Source: a virus
Taxonomy: Duplodnaviria; Caudoviricetes
Virus record (IMG/VR): IMGVR_UViG_2619619233_000003
Coordinates: 18,086 to 82,085 of that record
Reading direction: 5' to 3' (one strand)
DNA: 64,000 nucleotides
Shown piece by piece: positions 44,790 to 54,803 of the stretch. The stretch's first letter is position 1. Every line of letters begins with the position of its first letter. The translations under genes and the position numbers were made by a program. The notes below the pieces were generated by a model that saw only the letters and a program-made list of their open reading frames with translations, was not told the DNA's origin and did not search any database.

Positions 44790-45590
44790 CTATGGAGGAT
44801 TTTGAGGCGACCCGAGGCCGCTTGCCATCTTCTGGGCGAGCAGCTGCGCCACCCTCGCTTCGTACCCGGCCTTGCCCGGATTATAGCCCCAGCCCGGATC
44901 GATACCATCGGGAACGCGGGTGACTTCGCCGGTCCGCTTGTTGACGAAATTGCGCCAGGTGTTTTCCGGTGGCTCGAATATCAGCTTTTCGCCCTGGGCA
45001 AGCAAGCGGTCGATGTCACGCTGCGAAAGGCTCTGCAGGGTGCAACGGCATCCCCAGCCGCAGGGCGGTGCCCATTCGTTCCAATAGGGATGATCGATCG
45101 GCAAAACGAGATTGTGCCGGCGCGCATGTTCCGGCCGGACATGATCGTCGCGCATCGTGACATAGCGCAGATATGGCCGGGTGCGGCGGTTCTGCTCGAA
45201 GCTCGTCCAGTGACCGGCCGCATACGACACCCGCATGTTAGTGTCGAAGATGGTACGCAGCCGGCGCGCGCTGCCGAGCTGCGCCGGCACTGTCTCGCCC
45301 GTCACGGGATCCGAGACCAATTTCTTGCCCCACCAGCCCTTCGTCTCAAGGATCGGGCGCAACTGGCGGGACGCCTGCTCGATGGTCTGGCCTTCATTCA
45401 AGAGGCGCTCAATGGCCGCCAGAATGTCGTTTAAAATATCGAAGCCTGCCGATTTCGCGACGGTGAAGCTGGTGGCATGCTCGGCCTGCCACATATCGAG
45501 ATAGGAGAACGTCTCTACCGGCGAGCCCGTGCGGGCGGCAAAGGCGGCGATGGCTTCGCGGGGCGGCAGGGGCTGAAGGATCGCTGCCAC
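44790..45590 (-). CDS. Mu gpF head morphogenesis protein
   Basis: Homolog of 3287..4087. Confidence 0.95.
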   Translation of the reverse strand: MAAILQPLPPREAIAAFAARTGSPVETFSYLDMWQAEHATSFTVAKSAGFDILNDILAAIERLLNEGQTIEQASRQLRPILETKGWWGKKLVSDPVTGETVPAQLGSARRLRTIFDTNMRVSYAAGHWTSFEQNRRTRPYLRYVTMRDDHVRPEHARRHNLVLPIDHPYWNEWAPPCGWGCRCTLQSLSQRDIDRLLAQGEKLIFEPPENTWRNFVNKRTGEVTRVPDGIDPGWGYNPGKAGYEARVAQLLAQKMASGLGSPQNPP

Positions 45591-45593
45591 GCA

Positions 45594-47180
45594 CTACACC
45601 TCGTCAGACAGGGTTTCGTTGCCAAGCCCCGCCATCCGCGCCGAGAAAGCCGCACGTGCAAGAATCTCCGTGAGGGCGTTCACGTCCATGGACACGAGGC
45701 GTTCCTGCAGAATGGCGCGGATTTCGTCCAGGTCCTTTGCCTTGGCGATCGCGGCCTCAAGACCCTCGACAACAGGCGCGACCATCGGCTCCCAGCCATC
45801 GTCAGACAGGATTTTCGCAATGCTGTCGTCGATCGCATCGCCCGGCGCCGGCAGGTCTGTCACGCGGTGCATGGAAATCTGCGACTTGGGTGGCGGCAGT
45901 TTCTCAGGCTTTGTCGGCGGGTCGGTCTCGTCAACGCTGGCGCGATTGGCGGGGCGCAACAGTTCCTCGTCCTTGTCCGGGTCCTCGATGCCGAGTTTGT
46001 CACGCACCTTCGCCATGCCGACCTTGCCGCCCAGGTTCACGAAGCTGGTGACGTTCTTCATGTACTTTTCGAGGTCGACTTCCTGCGGCCGGCCGATGCG
46101 GATTTTCGGATAGGCTTTTTGCGGTCCCTTGTTGAGGGAAATGTATGCCACCACGAAATCGCGGTTGAGCGTTGCCGCCAGCTGCTTGGCGTCGGACCGC
46201 TCGATATCGGCCTTCACGCCATCATGAACCTTGCCGACGGCATAACCGCCCGCGATGGCATCCGTGGTGCCGGTTTGCCCGAGAACGACCTTCGATGTCT
46301 GCTGATCGAGGAAGTTGCATCGCTTCTCGTAAAGCTCATGCGAGCCGGAGAGGTCGGCCTTGATGAACTCGACCGACATCGAGGTCGGAACGATGGCGGA
46401 ATAATCGACACCGATATTGGCAACGGCGCGCAGCAGAACATCCTTGTCTTCGTCCGTTGCGCCTTCACCCCATTTACCCAGGCGCAGCGGCTGGCCATAG
46501 GCTTCGCAGAAGATTGCCCAGTCCTTCATGGTGAAGGACTTGAACAGGAACGTCCAGCAGACGGCACGGGCAATGCCGCCACGGATCGGCAGGCCGGATT
46601 TCACCTTCGCCTGGTGAACGATCCACTTGAACGGCGCTAGCGGCACGTCGCCGGCGATATCGCGCAGCAGAAGTGTTTCGCCATCATTGTCGTCGAATCG
46701 GAACCATCGCGGATCGCGCCATTTCAGCGCCACCGGGTTCCACTGGCTTGACGAGGTCTCCCAGATGATTTCGGTGGCTGAAAAGCCCTTGCCGATGGCA
46801 TCTAGCATGTCGACCAGTTCGCTCTCGAAAGCGTCACGTTCGATGAAGGACCGCACCATGTCGGCATTCTCGACATCGTTGGCATCCTCACTAGCGGCCT
46901 CGACGGTGATCTCCAGACCGGCCACCTGTAGCTTTCGGGCAGCAAGCACGCCGGCATAATGCAGGTCGCGCTCCTCCATATCCTCGGCAAGTTCAAGATA
47001 GGCCTGCGGCTCGCCAGTCATGGAGGTTTTCAGAAGGCGGCCGAGTTTCGCTGGCGTCAGGCCGGTTGCCTGATGCTCTGTATTCGGGCGACGGACGCCC
47101 ATCATTGTCGGGGCGGCCTGTTCTTTCTTCAGGACGGCGGAAGTGATGGGATTGCCCCACTGGTCGATGAGCTTGGCCAT
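45594..47180 (-). CDS. Portal protein (gp29 / DUF935)
   Basis: Homolog of 4091..5674. Confidence 0.95.
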   Translation of the reverse strand: MAKLIDQWGNPITSAVLKKEQAAPTMMGVRRPNTEHQATGLTPAKLGRLLKTSMTGEPQAYLELAEDMEERDLHYAGVLAARKLQVAGLEITVEAASEDANDVENADMVRSFIERDAFESELVDMLDAIGKGFSATEIIWETSSSQWNPVALKWRDPRWFRFDDNDGETLLLRDIAGDVPLAPFKWIVHQAKVKSGLPIRGGIARAVCWTFLFKSFTMKDWAIFCEAYGQPLRLGKWGEGATDEDKDVLLRAVANIGVDYSAIVPTSMSVEFIKADLSGSHELYEKRCNFLDQQTSKVVLGQTGTTDAIAGGYAVGKVHDGVKADIERSDAKQLAATLNRDFVVAYISLNKGPQKAYPKIRIGRPQEVDLEKYMKNVTSFVNLGGKVGMAKVRDKLGIEDPDKDEELLRPANRASVDETDPPTKPEKLPPPKSQISMHRVTDLPAPGDAIDDSIAKILSDDGWEPMVAPVVEGLEAAIAKAKDLDEIRAILQERLVSMDVNALTEILARAAFSARMAGLGNETLSDEV

Positions 47181-48622
47181 CAGTAAAGTCCTCTCGATCG
47201 GCGCATCGAGGCAAGGCGCGTCGGTGCGCCGTCATCGCGATCGGTGTTGGGGGTGTCGAACTTCGAGGCGGCACGCGGGGCCGCCTTGTAGGCATATTGC
47301 CCGACGGGCGTATTGGCCGCCTCGATCGCCAGCGCAAGCGCCCAGAAGCGGTCGGCGTGGCCATCAGGCGTGCGCTCTGCCGTAAACCGGACATTGCCGG
47401 CCGCCGTTACCTGTTTTGTCACGGAACGCAGATCGGCCCGAATATGCTTGTCGAAAGGAATGCGCAGCCGCCGATCTTCCATCTTCGAACGAACAGGATA
47501 GGCAAGTGCTTCCTTGACACGGGGTGTGAAGGTGATGGCCTCGACACGATCAGCGCCGAACTTCTTCTGCGCATCGTCTGCCCAGCCGATACCGAGGCCG
47601 GTGGCGTCGATCGTGGTCCGGACGCAACGTTCGATCCATGGCCACAAAACCTTCTCCTGGTCACCCTTTGTCATGTTCTGGAGCGTTTCGATGTGGCGGG
47701 TGTAAAGCACGTCGCCGAGCTTCTCGAGAACCCATAGAACCGTCAGGTCGTGTTTACGACCGATATCGATGCCGGCGTAAAGAATACCACCCTCGATGCT
47801 GCGCCAGTTCACATCGGAACCGTACTCGGCCGAGCCGATGAGATCATATTCCAGAAAGGCCGTGTCGTCGTCGGCCGGCTGGCACATGTATTCCTGCTGG
47901 AAGCTTTCTTCGTCTGCGCAACCGGACTTCACAAAGTCGAAATAGGCAGCCTCGTCCATATCCTGGCGTTCGTCGTCGTCGGGCAGCGATTTTTGCAGCT
48001 TGTAGAGAAAGCCGTCATCAAGGGCGTTCTGCAACGTGACCGTATGTATGCTGATGCCCTTCGGGTTGCCGCCTTCCTTGGTTTCGCGGACGAGCTGGTT
48101 GAAGAAATTGTGCGAGCCGCGATGCGTGGAAATCACTTCGAGCTGGCCGCCCCAGGTGATGCCCGGATAGGCGATCTGCCAAAGTTTTCGTGGATCGGGA
48201 TGCAGGGCGAACTCATCGAGCACGCGCCCGCCGCGCTTGCCGGCCTGGGCGTCGGCATTCGATGACATGGAGATGATGCTGCGCTGATTAAGGAACCGCA
48301 GCATATAGGCCGTGTGCTTCTCCTTCGGGTCAATGACCTGTTCGCCGAGATCGCGGGCGGCGATATCGAGAATGCCGGCCCACATCTTGCAGTCATCGAC
48401 AAAGAGACGCGCCTGCAGATCGTCGCGGGAGGAAACCCACTGATCGTGTTTCGCGCCTTGTACGCTGGTGCGGCCGATCGTGGCATAGGCAGTTGACCAG
48501 GACAGGCCGATCTGGCGGCCTTTCTCCATCAGCTTGAGGCGCGACTTATCCTGGATCCATTTCCCTTGGTAGGGAAGAAAGATTGCGGACGGATCGGCCG
48601 GGACGATGAGAGCGGCACCCAT
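47180..48622 (-). CDS. Terminase large subunit (different subtype from A)
   Basis: FLPYQ, EKGRQIGLSW, LDEFA, STHRG, GIDIGR, HADRFWA. Confidence 0.93.
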   Translation of the reverse strand: MGAALIVPADPSAIFLPYQGKWIQDKSRLKLMEKGRQIGLSWSTAYATIGRTSVQGAKHDQWVSSRDDLQARLFVDDCKMWAGILDIAARDLGEQVIDPKEKHTAYMLRFLNQRSIISMSSNADAQAGKRGGRVLDEFALHPDPRKLWQIAYPGITWGGQLEVISTHRGSHNFFNQLVRETKEGGNPKGISIHTVTLQNALDDGFLYKLQKSLPDDDERQDMDEAAYFDFVKSGCADEESFQQEYMCQPADDDTAFLEYDLIGSAEYGSDVNWRSIEGGILYAGIDIGRKHDLTVLWVLEKLGDVLYTRHIETLQNMTKGDQEKVLWPWIERCVRTTIDATGLGIGWADDAQKKFGADRVEAITFTPRVKEALAYPVRSKMEDRRLRIPFDKHIRADLRSVTKQVTAAGNVRFTAERTPDGHADRFWALALAIEAANTPVGQYAYKAAPRAASKFDTPNTDRDDGAPTRLASMRRSRGLY

Positions 48623-49200
48623 CAGGCGGCACCAAGGCGACGGCTGATCTCGTCAAGGGTCTCCTGCGAAATGCCAGCCTTGCGCCCGACTTCTTCGACG
48701 GTTTCCTTTGTCTTTGCCGCCAGTTCGGCTTCGAGCTTCTGGCGATGGGTTGCCGAGGTCGCCTGTGCGATGGTCACCATGCGCATGGTGCTCGCCAGTT
48801 CATTGAGGTTCTTGGAATTGAGCTTGCCTTTCTGGGCGCGCAGCATCGCCATGACGGCGGCCTTCAGAGCTTCACCAACAAACTTGGTGATGGAATCGCC
48901 GTCGTCATGATCAAGCCCGGACAGGACGGCTGTGGCCATCTCGCGCGCTTCGTTCATTTCCCTGGTCGTTGCGTCAAGATCGATCGAATAGCGGTTGAAC
49001 GCTGACTTCGACGGAATCTTGATATCCAGCTCTCCGTGGCTCTCCCGCTGGCGCTCCTGAAGCTTCAGGACGAACTCTTCATATATCTCTTGCTGGGTCC
49101 GGGGGCTTTGCTGAAGTTCGCCCGCCGCCCAGATGACGATATCGCTGCATTCCTGTGGAAGCAGCTGGATGTTGCTTAACCGGCCACGGCCCTTTGCCAT
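48622..49200 (-). CDS. Mu gp27-like (DUF3486) small terminase candidate
   Basis: GRGRLSNIQLLP, SAFNRY. Confidence 0.85.
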   Translation of the reverse strand: MAKGRGRLSNIQLLPQECSDIVIWAAGELQQSPRTQQEIYEEFVLKLQERQRESHGELDIKIPSKSAFNRYSIDLDATTREMNEAREMATAVLSGLDHDDGDSITKFVGEALKAAVMAMLRAQKGKLNSKNLNELASTMRMVTIAQATSATHRQKLEAELAAKTKETVEEVGRKAGISQETLDEISRRLGAA

Positions 49201-49201
49201 G

Positions 49202-49519
49202 TCACTCTCCCGGCCTGGACGGACGGGTCACGCCCTCGATGGCGATATCGCGGTCGAGATGACGGCGGCCCATCTTGGTCAAGATGCCAATTTTGACAGT
49301 GCCGGCGTCGAGCGTGGTGATGGCGCCGAGGTTGGCGAGATAGTCCATCTGCGTGTGGACCCATGCGCGATCCTGACGAATGGCGAAGCGCGGCAGCACC
49401 TCGTCTTCAAGAATATTGCTGGCAAGGCTTTCGTTCACCTGCTCGGCAAGAGCCTTCAGGATGATCAGCCGTGCATCCTCGCGGATCCGTTTAGCGTAAT
49501 CGATGCCAAGGGGTGTCAT
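49202..49519 (-). CDS. Mu gp26-like protein
   Basis: DARLIILKAL ... GVTRPS. Confidence 0.85.
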   Translation of the reverse strand: MTPLGIDYAKRIREDARLIILKALAEQVNESLASNILEDEVLPRFAIRQDRAWVHTQMDYLANLGAITTLDAGTVKIGILTKMGRRHLDRDIAIEGVTRPSRPGE

Positions 49520-49851
49520 TTGCGTGCCTGCTCCATCAAAAGGTCATGCAGCCGCTCCGTGGTGGCGGCGATCGGTTTCAGTTTTTCGTCGAGGGCGGCG
49601 AACCGGCCGTTCATGTCTCGAAGCTCAAGCTCTATGCTGTGCTGGTTTTCTCGGGTCGGCAGATGTTTCATGCCTTCCTGCAGCGTCTGAATATTGCTGC
49701 CATGGGTTCCAAGCGTGTTCTCTACAGACTTCAACCGTTCATCGAGTTTCTTCTCGCCAGTCGCGAGCAGGTTTTTCACGAGAATGATCAGGTTGATGGT
49801 GCCAAGCAGAAGGCCGACCATGGAACTGATGGCGACGGTGTCGAGCATCAT
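49516..49851 (-). CDS. Mu gp25-like (DUF2730) protein
   Basis: TM helix + MKHLP motif. Confidence 0.8.
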   Translation of the reverse strand: MMLDTVAISSMVGLLLGTINLIILVKNLLATGEKKLDERLKSVENTLGTHGSNIQTLQEGMKHLPTRENQHSIELELRDMNGRFAALDEKLKPIAATTERLHDLLMEQARK

Positions 49852-50144
49852 GGAGAGGCGGCCTCCGTTACCGGCACGTTGTCGATCGCTGCGACGGCCG
49901 CCGCGCGGCGGGCATCGCAGGACAGGATTTCGGTGCGGTCAGCGCCCCATCGCGTGGTGACCTCACGCTCCGGCATGTCATGGTCGGGCAGATCGCTAAC
50001 AACGCAAGGAACCCGCGAGGCGGGCGGCACGGTAGCTTTGATTGTTCTGACGATAATCGGCGGCGCCGGCTTCGGGTCAGCGGGGGAGCAGGCGGACGCG
50101 ATCGCGGCCAAGGCCGCAAGCATCGCCATTCGGCAAAGCCGCAT
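49848..50144 (-). CDS. Rz1-like spanin lipoprotein
   Basis: IASAC lipobox; homolog of 8777..9067. Confidence 0.8.
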   Translation of the reverse strand: MRLCRMAMLAALAAIASACSPADPKPAPPIIVRTIKATVPPASRVPCVVSDLPDHDMPEREVTTRWGADRTEILSCDARRAAAVAAIDNVPVTEAASP

Positions 50145-50442
50145 TCTCTTTCTCCAGTTTTTCCTTGTTGACGTTCAGTGCGGCGATCCGGACGGATGTG
50201 TTGCGCTCCAGCTCCAGGGCAAGATGGACCTGAGCCGCCTCGGCGACGGCAACCTTGGCGTTGGCTGCCGTGATTTCGACCTTCCAATATGCGTCGCGCT
50301 CGGTGGCTTTCGTCTCAACAGCCCGTTCCACCATCCCATTGACGGTGGCGATGGTGAGCCAGCCGAGAAAGGCTGCGGCCGCGAGAAATGCCGCCACGAT
50401 GATCAGGGGCGTGACCGCCTTCGAAAGCCACGCCCCGATCAT
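50077..50442 (-). CDS. Rz-like spanin
   Basis: Homolog of 8994..9359. Confidence 0.8.
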   Translation of the reverse strand: MIGAWLSKAVTPLIIVAAFLAAAAFLGWLTIATVNGMVERAVETKATERDAYWKVEITAANAKVAVAEAAQVHLALELERNTSVRIAALNVNKEKLEKENAALPNGDACGLGRDRVRLLPR

Positions 50443-50735
50443 CGGGAACCCTCCGAAAACTCAACCGGCACGTCGCGGGGATTGTAGGGCGGTGACGAAG
50501 ACGGGACAGAATCGGCGCGGAGCGTGTTGGCGTAATCCATGGCGCCGGCGAAACGGTGGATGCCGAGCATGGCCGCGATCAGCAGGATCATCGAGGGAAT
50601 GACGATATTGGCGAGCGCCACTGCGTTTTCGCTGCCCTCAAGGCCCGACCAAACGATGCCGGCGATGATCGACCAGGCAAACCAAAAAGAAACCCACAGC
50701 TGGGCTTTGGAGGTGCGGTAGGACGGTTTTTTCAT
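50439..50735 (-). CDS. Putative holin
   Basis: Homolog of 9356..9652. Confidence 0.7.
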   Translation of the reverse strand: MKKPSYRTSKAQLWVSFWFAWSIIAGIVWSGLEGSENAVALANIVIPSMILLIAAMLGIHRFAGAMDYANTLRADSVPSSSPPYNPRDVPVEFSEGSR

Positions 50736-50741
50736 TGCCGC

Positions 50742-51497
50742 TCACGCCTCACTTTTCGAGAGGGGAGCACCGGAGGGAGTGAGCCAGACTGCGCCGCCGA
50801 TCGGAGCTTCGCCAGTCTTGGGCCAGCGCTTGCCACCGGAAACAAGGCGGCTTTTCTCGATGCGGGTGATATTAACGGCGTTGTTCTGGTTCGCACCCAG
50901 CACATGATAGTGCGTCCGGTCCTCACCCACATAAATCCCCACATGCCCGCCACCTTTCCGCTCGAATACAAGGATCGTCCCGACCGCAATGTCGGTCATC
51001 TCGACGCCGAACTTGCGCCAGTTGAGCGCACCGAGCGGATTGGCAGGCATAGGTTCGGTGGGAAGGGTGGTAGCGGTGACATGGCCCATGAACAGGCCAC
51101 ACCAGGGAATGTCGTCGTCGGTGTAGAAGTTGGCAATCCAGCCGCCGAACCGCTTTGCCCAGGACATGATGACGGGATTGGATTTCGGGCCGGGGATTTC
51201 CGTCACACCAATATAGCGGCGTGCGTCCCGCATCCAGATCGGTTCACGCGGCTTGGGTGGGACCTTGGAGATTACATGGCTGGCTTCAGCGCCCTCAGTG
51301 CGCAGAGGACGCACCAGGCGCAGCCGTGCGACCGTGTCTTCATCGGCCTTGCCGGTGACTTTCAGGCCTTCAGCCGCCTGATAGCGCTTCAGCGCCTCAA
51401 AATATTCGCGCCCCTCGGCGCCATCGTACGCACCGCCATAAGCGCCGGCGGCACGCAATTGCGTAATCGCCCATTCACCAAATGTTTGAGTGGTCAT
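50742..51497 (-). CDS. Endolysin (PG-binding + NlpC/P60)
   Basis: Homolog of 9659..10408. Confidence 0.9.
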   Translation of the reverse strand: MTTQTFGEWAITQLRAAGAYGGAYDGAEGREYFEALKRYQAAEGLKVTGKADEDTVARLRLVRPLRTEGAEASHVISKVPPKPREPIWMRDARRYIGVTEIPGPKSNPVIMSWAKRFGGWIANFYTDDDIPWCGLFMGHVTATTLPTEPMPANPLGALNWRKFGVEMTDIAVGTILVFERKGGGHVGIYVGEDRTHYHVLGANQNNAVNITRIEKSRLVSGGKRWPKTGEAPIGGAVWLTPSGAPLSKSEA

Positions 51498-51543
51498 TAA
51501 AAAAGCCCTGTCAAGAAGGGCGATTTACACCCCCATCGACAAG

Positions 51544-51593
51544 ACTATTGGTATGTTTGACTGACACAATTCAGGGGGTCAATAGACCCACCC
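51544..51593 (-). promoter_or_regulatory. Late (lysis) promoter
   Basis: AATAGT -10 (51544-51549); dyad GGGGGT-CAATAG-ACCCAC at same spacing as in A. Confidence 0.6.
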
Positions 51594-51976
51594 TAGAAGA
51601 GGGAACCTTGTCCATCATCCGTTTTGCCACGGTGGCGCTGAACGGTTTTGTGGGTCACGCCGAGCGTGCGGGCAATTGCATTGTTTGAATAACCCTTATC
51701 GATCATTTGGGCAATGGTGGCAGCGCGACGACGTTTATCTCCTGCCATAGCCGGGGGAATTTCCAGCTTGTCACCACCGAAGGCGTCGCAGATAGCTTGA
51801 GCCGGTTCAATCCCGACGAGAACGGAAAGCCAATGATCAGCCGTGACAACGTTGGGGATATAAATTCGTTCACATGCCTTTTCGCGCCCAAGGATCAACG
51901 CCGCCCGTTCGCCGGCAACGTCGGCAATACGGTTCAACAGCGGTGTCATATAGGCGCGATCGGGCAGGTCAGACAT
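51593..51976 (-). CDS. mor: Mor/C-like transcription activator
   Basis: Homolog of 10514..10903 with different HTH. Confidence 0.8.
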   Translation of the reverse strand: MSDLPDRAYMTPLLNRIADVAGERAALILGREKACERIYIPNVVTADHWLSVLVGIEPAQAICDAFGGDKLEIPPAMAGDKRRRAATIAQMIDKGYSNNAIARTLGVTHKTVQRHRGKTDDGQGSLF

Positions 51977-52221
51977 CAGTTCACGCCCTCGATTTCCGCA
52001 ACGATCATGCCGTCGAGGCGCACATTGCGGCGAAGGGCGCGCAGGCGCTGTTTGGCATCCCGCTTCGAATAGGCCCACAGAGAGAACGACCAGGACTTGT
52101 CGCCGTGGCGGTAGCTGAAGGAATACAGCTGCATCATCCGGCCTGCCGGATCGACAAGCGACGGAGCAGCGATATCGCGCAGGGCAGGTTCGTGGACGAG
52201 CGGTATGACGTTTTGTGTCAT
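51976..52221 (-). CDS. Conserved phage hypothetical protein
   Basis: Homolog of 10903..11148. Confidence 0.75.
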   Translation of the reverse strand: MTQNVIPLVHEPALRDIAAPSLVDPAGRMMQLYSFSYRHGDKSWSFSLWAYSKRDAKQRLRALRRNVRLDGMIVAEIEGVN

Positions 52222-52895
52222 GGTTTGCCGCCCTTCTTGTGGCGACGAACCTGTGGCCCGAAATGGTTCATCACCGTGATCCATTCGGCATCGCTGAAAT
52301 TCCGGTAGCTGATGCCTTCAAGGACGATATGGGTTGCGGCCTGCCAGAAGGCATTCGGCTGGTCCGGATGCAGGATCGCCCATTGTGCCTGGGCAATCTT
52401 GTAACCGTGGCTTTTCTCGTAAGGTTCGCATGGCTTGCGGTCTGCCCAGGTGACGCCAGCACGGGCAAGCATATCCTTCAACGCCTCGATGACGCTGGCG
52501 CCGTCGTTTGCCGTGTGGACAAAACGCATGTCCGAAATGGCAGGCAACTGTCTGCCCATGGCGAACTTTTCAAGCGCGCTATCGCGGCGATCGTCAACCA
52601 TGCCGAGATTGTAGCAGGCGATCCAGAGCGCCCGCATCTTCGGCAGGTATTTGCCGGAAAGCTTGTGCTTGCCGTCGCGGCCGTCTTGGCGGAAACCCGG
52701 CAATGACGGCGCTGAAGGCTTTGGCCTGTATCCAAGCCGCCGCAACTCATCGACAACAGATTTCCGTTGCTGAGTGGTCATGAGGGAAAGCCGGGTCTGG
52801 CCGGTCACTCGGGCGTAGATGTCGCGCTGCGCATCCTCTTCGGTGATGCCGAGTTGGCGGAAACCGCCATGTATGGCGCGGATGTGCTGGCTCAT
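52218..52895 (-). CDS. gemA: GemA (gp16) regulatory protein
   Basis: KMRALW, VIEALK; N-terminal domain diverged from A. Confidence 0.9.
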   Translation of the reverse strand: MSQHIRAIHGGFRQLGITEEDAQRDIYARVTGQTRLSLMTTQQRKSVVDELRRLGYRPKPSAPSLPGFRQDGRDGKHKLSGKYLPKMRALWIACYNLGMVDDRRDSALEKFAMGRQLPAISDMRFVHTANDGASVIEALKDMLARAGVTWADRKPCEPYEKSHGYKIAQAQWAILHPDQPNAFWQAATHIVLEGISYRNFSDAEWITVMNHFGPQVRRHKKGGKP

Positions 52896-53089
52896 TTCGA
52901 CATCCTTTCGGCCGCGTAGGCAGCGATGTCGGAAAGGCAGAACTCGGAAGACTGGCTTTCGTCGTCTTCCTCGGTCACGACCAGGACGAACATCTTGCCG
53001 GCCTTGGCATGAACGAAATGGCCATCTTTCAGAAATGCGTCAATCAGCGCCGTCAGCAACTGATCAGGTTCAAATGTCCTGCTGTTCAT
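52892..53089 (-). CDS. Conserved phage hypothetical protein
   Basis: Homolog of 11795..11989. Confidence 0.8.
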   Translation of the reverse strand: MNSRTFEPDQLLTALIDAFLKDGHFVHAKAGKMFVLVVTEEDDESQSSEFCLSDIAAYAAERMSK

Positions 53090-53330
53090 CACAAGCCTCG
53101 CTGGTGTTGGAATAGGTGGATTTGAAAACCGGTATGAATACGCGGACATAGACGAACTGGACGGACCAGCCCTTGCCCTGCGCCTTCTCCCAGGTGCTTG
53201 CCTTGCGGTATTTTGCGGCAATCGCCTCGGCTTCGGTGGCTCGCCATGTCTTTGGCTGGAGCCGGCCGGTAGGCGCGCAAAGGGCATAGCCCTTCGCGAA
53301 TGCGGGTGGAATTTGCTGGTCGCCGGTCAT
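53070..53330 (-). CDS. Conserved phage hypothetical protein
   Basis: Homolog of 11973..12236. Confidence 0.75.
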   Translation of the reverse strand: MTGDQQIPPAFAKGYALCAPTGRLQPKTWRATEAEAIAAKYRKASTWEKAQGKGWSVQFVYVRVFIPVFKSTYSNTSEACDEQQDI

Positions 53331-53611
53331 AGCAGCTTGCGCCCCTTCGTTCTGCGATGGGGTCCCTTTGCCAGCCGTTCCCGCAGCATCCGCTCGAAAC
53401 CCTTCACTGCCGCAATCGCCTGCAGATCGTTGTCCGCTTCGGGCAGGCCGGGAACCAGCAACGTGGTTCCATCATAGGCGTGGCGGGCGCAGACGCATAA
53501 AATGCGCTTCAGGCGCCGGCCATGACCGGTGACGATCTTCATGGTGCCCTTCGGCACGCGGCGGCTGACAAAGGTTTCGCCCGATCGGTAGCAAACGATG
53601 TGCGCCATCAA
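53327..53611 (-). CDS. Conserved phage protein (ARHAYDG-LLVPG family)
   Basis: Homolog of 12426..12707. Confidence 0.8.
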   Translation of the reverse strand: MMAHIVCYRSGETFVSRRVPKGTMKIVTGHGRRLKRILCVCARHAYDGTTLLVPGLPEADNDLQAIAAVKGFERMLRERLAKGPHRRTKGRKLL

Positions 53612-53979
53612 TACACCCCGTCATCCATGACGGCATCGGCAAGGCGGTCCTCGGCGATCTTCTCGACAAGATCGGTGATGAGGGTTTCGACCGTCATGCC
53701 GCGCTTGGCAGCGAACGGGCGAAGCATCTGCCGGACTTCGAAATTCAAACCGATCCGGGCGGCGTTCTGCTCGCCAACGCGGTAGCCCGCTTCTCTGGCA
53801 GTCGGCAACGAATCCGGCTTGGGTGTCAGCGGGACCAGGGCGGTGATGTTATTAATAGGTATGCCGGTCTTTTCTGCTATCTGCCGGTTTGTCATGCCGT
53901 TGGAGCGAAGGCCCCGGATAGCGGCAGAACGGGACGAATAGCCAAGGCACGGTTTGGAGGAGCCGCCGTTCGAGGTCAT
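53608..53979 (-). CDS. HTH-containing phage protein
   Basis: Homolog of 12707..13078. Confidence 0.8.
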   Translation of the reverse strand: MTSNGGSSKPCLGYSSRSAAIRGLRSNGMTNRQIAEKTGIPINNITALVPLTPKPDSLPTAREAGYRVGEQNAARIGLNFEVRQMLRPFAAKRGMTVETLITDLVEKIAEDRLADAVMDDGVY

Positions 53980-54803
53980 GCCGCACCGCCTTTCGCCGGC
54001 ATCAGGTGCCGCGACACGATTTTCTCGATCTCGGTGAGCGGTACGCTGGCACCGGCAACGCCGGTGAGCTCGGCGACAAACCACATGCGCATGTTGTCGT
54101 CGAGCGCCGCCAGTAGCGCTTTTTCCGGATTTGAAGTTACGAGGTGCTTCAAGTGCTCTTCGAGCGGATCGTGGGTGTAAGCGGCAGGGCCTATACGTTC
54201 GCCTCGCGCAATGAGGAATGCGCAGAAGTTGGCAACATCAACCGGATCACCCTTTTCGACGTGCTCGCGCAACATCCGGGAAAGGTCCTCATTCGTGCAC
54301 TGTGTGGGGTCATCCCAGCCGCTGCGACCCTTCCTGCGGGCAAGGAAAAGCTTGCTTTTCATCTTCGCTGCCGCCGCTGCCATGAGGATATCAACGGCCT
54401 CATTGTCAGCGTGTGGGTATTGCCCGTTGTCCAGTCGCGGGACCGGCAGCGCCGATCCAGTTGGCTTGGCGGCCTGCTTGGCGCGGATCGCCTCGATCTT
54501 CGTCCACACACGAGCAAGCTCGGTCTTTGACGCTTCGTCCATGTCGATATCGTGAGAGATGCAAAAAGCAGCCAGGGCAACCATGGTGCCGCCGACTTCC
54601 TGCGCAGGCTCGCCGATCGAACGACCGTAGACGTAAGACAGAAGCGCAAGGACCCGCTCGCCCGGATAGCCGACCGACTGGACGAGTTCCAGCGCTTCCT
54701 CAATGAAGCGATCGGCGCGCTCGGTTTTGTCTGCAATGACGGCGGGACCGAAGCATTCGAGCATCCACTGTGCAACACCGTCTTGGAAGGAAAGCTTGCT
54801 CAT
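53976..54803 (-). CDS. Multidomain phage protein with MazG-like all-alpha pyrophosphatase motifs (B only)
   Basis: RFIEEALELVQ...QEVGG and KGDPVDVANF motifs; ATGA-coupled. Confidence 0.65.
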   Translation of the reverse strand: MSKLSFQDGVAQWMLECFGPAVIADKTERADRFIEEALELVQSVGYPGERVLALLSYVYGRSIGEPAQEVGGTMVALAAFCISHDIDMDEASKTELARVWTKIEAIRAKQAAKPTGSALPVPRLDNGQYPHADNEAVDILMAAAAAKMKSKLFLARRKGRSGWDDPTQCTNEDLSRMLREHVEKGDPVDVANFCAFLIARGERIGPAAYTHDPLEEHLKHLVTSNPEKALLAALDDNMRMWFVAELTGVAGASVPLTEIEKIVSRHLMPAKGGAA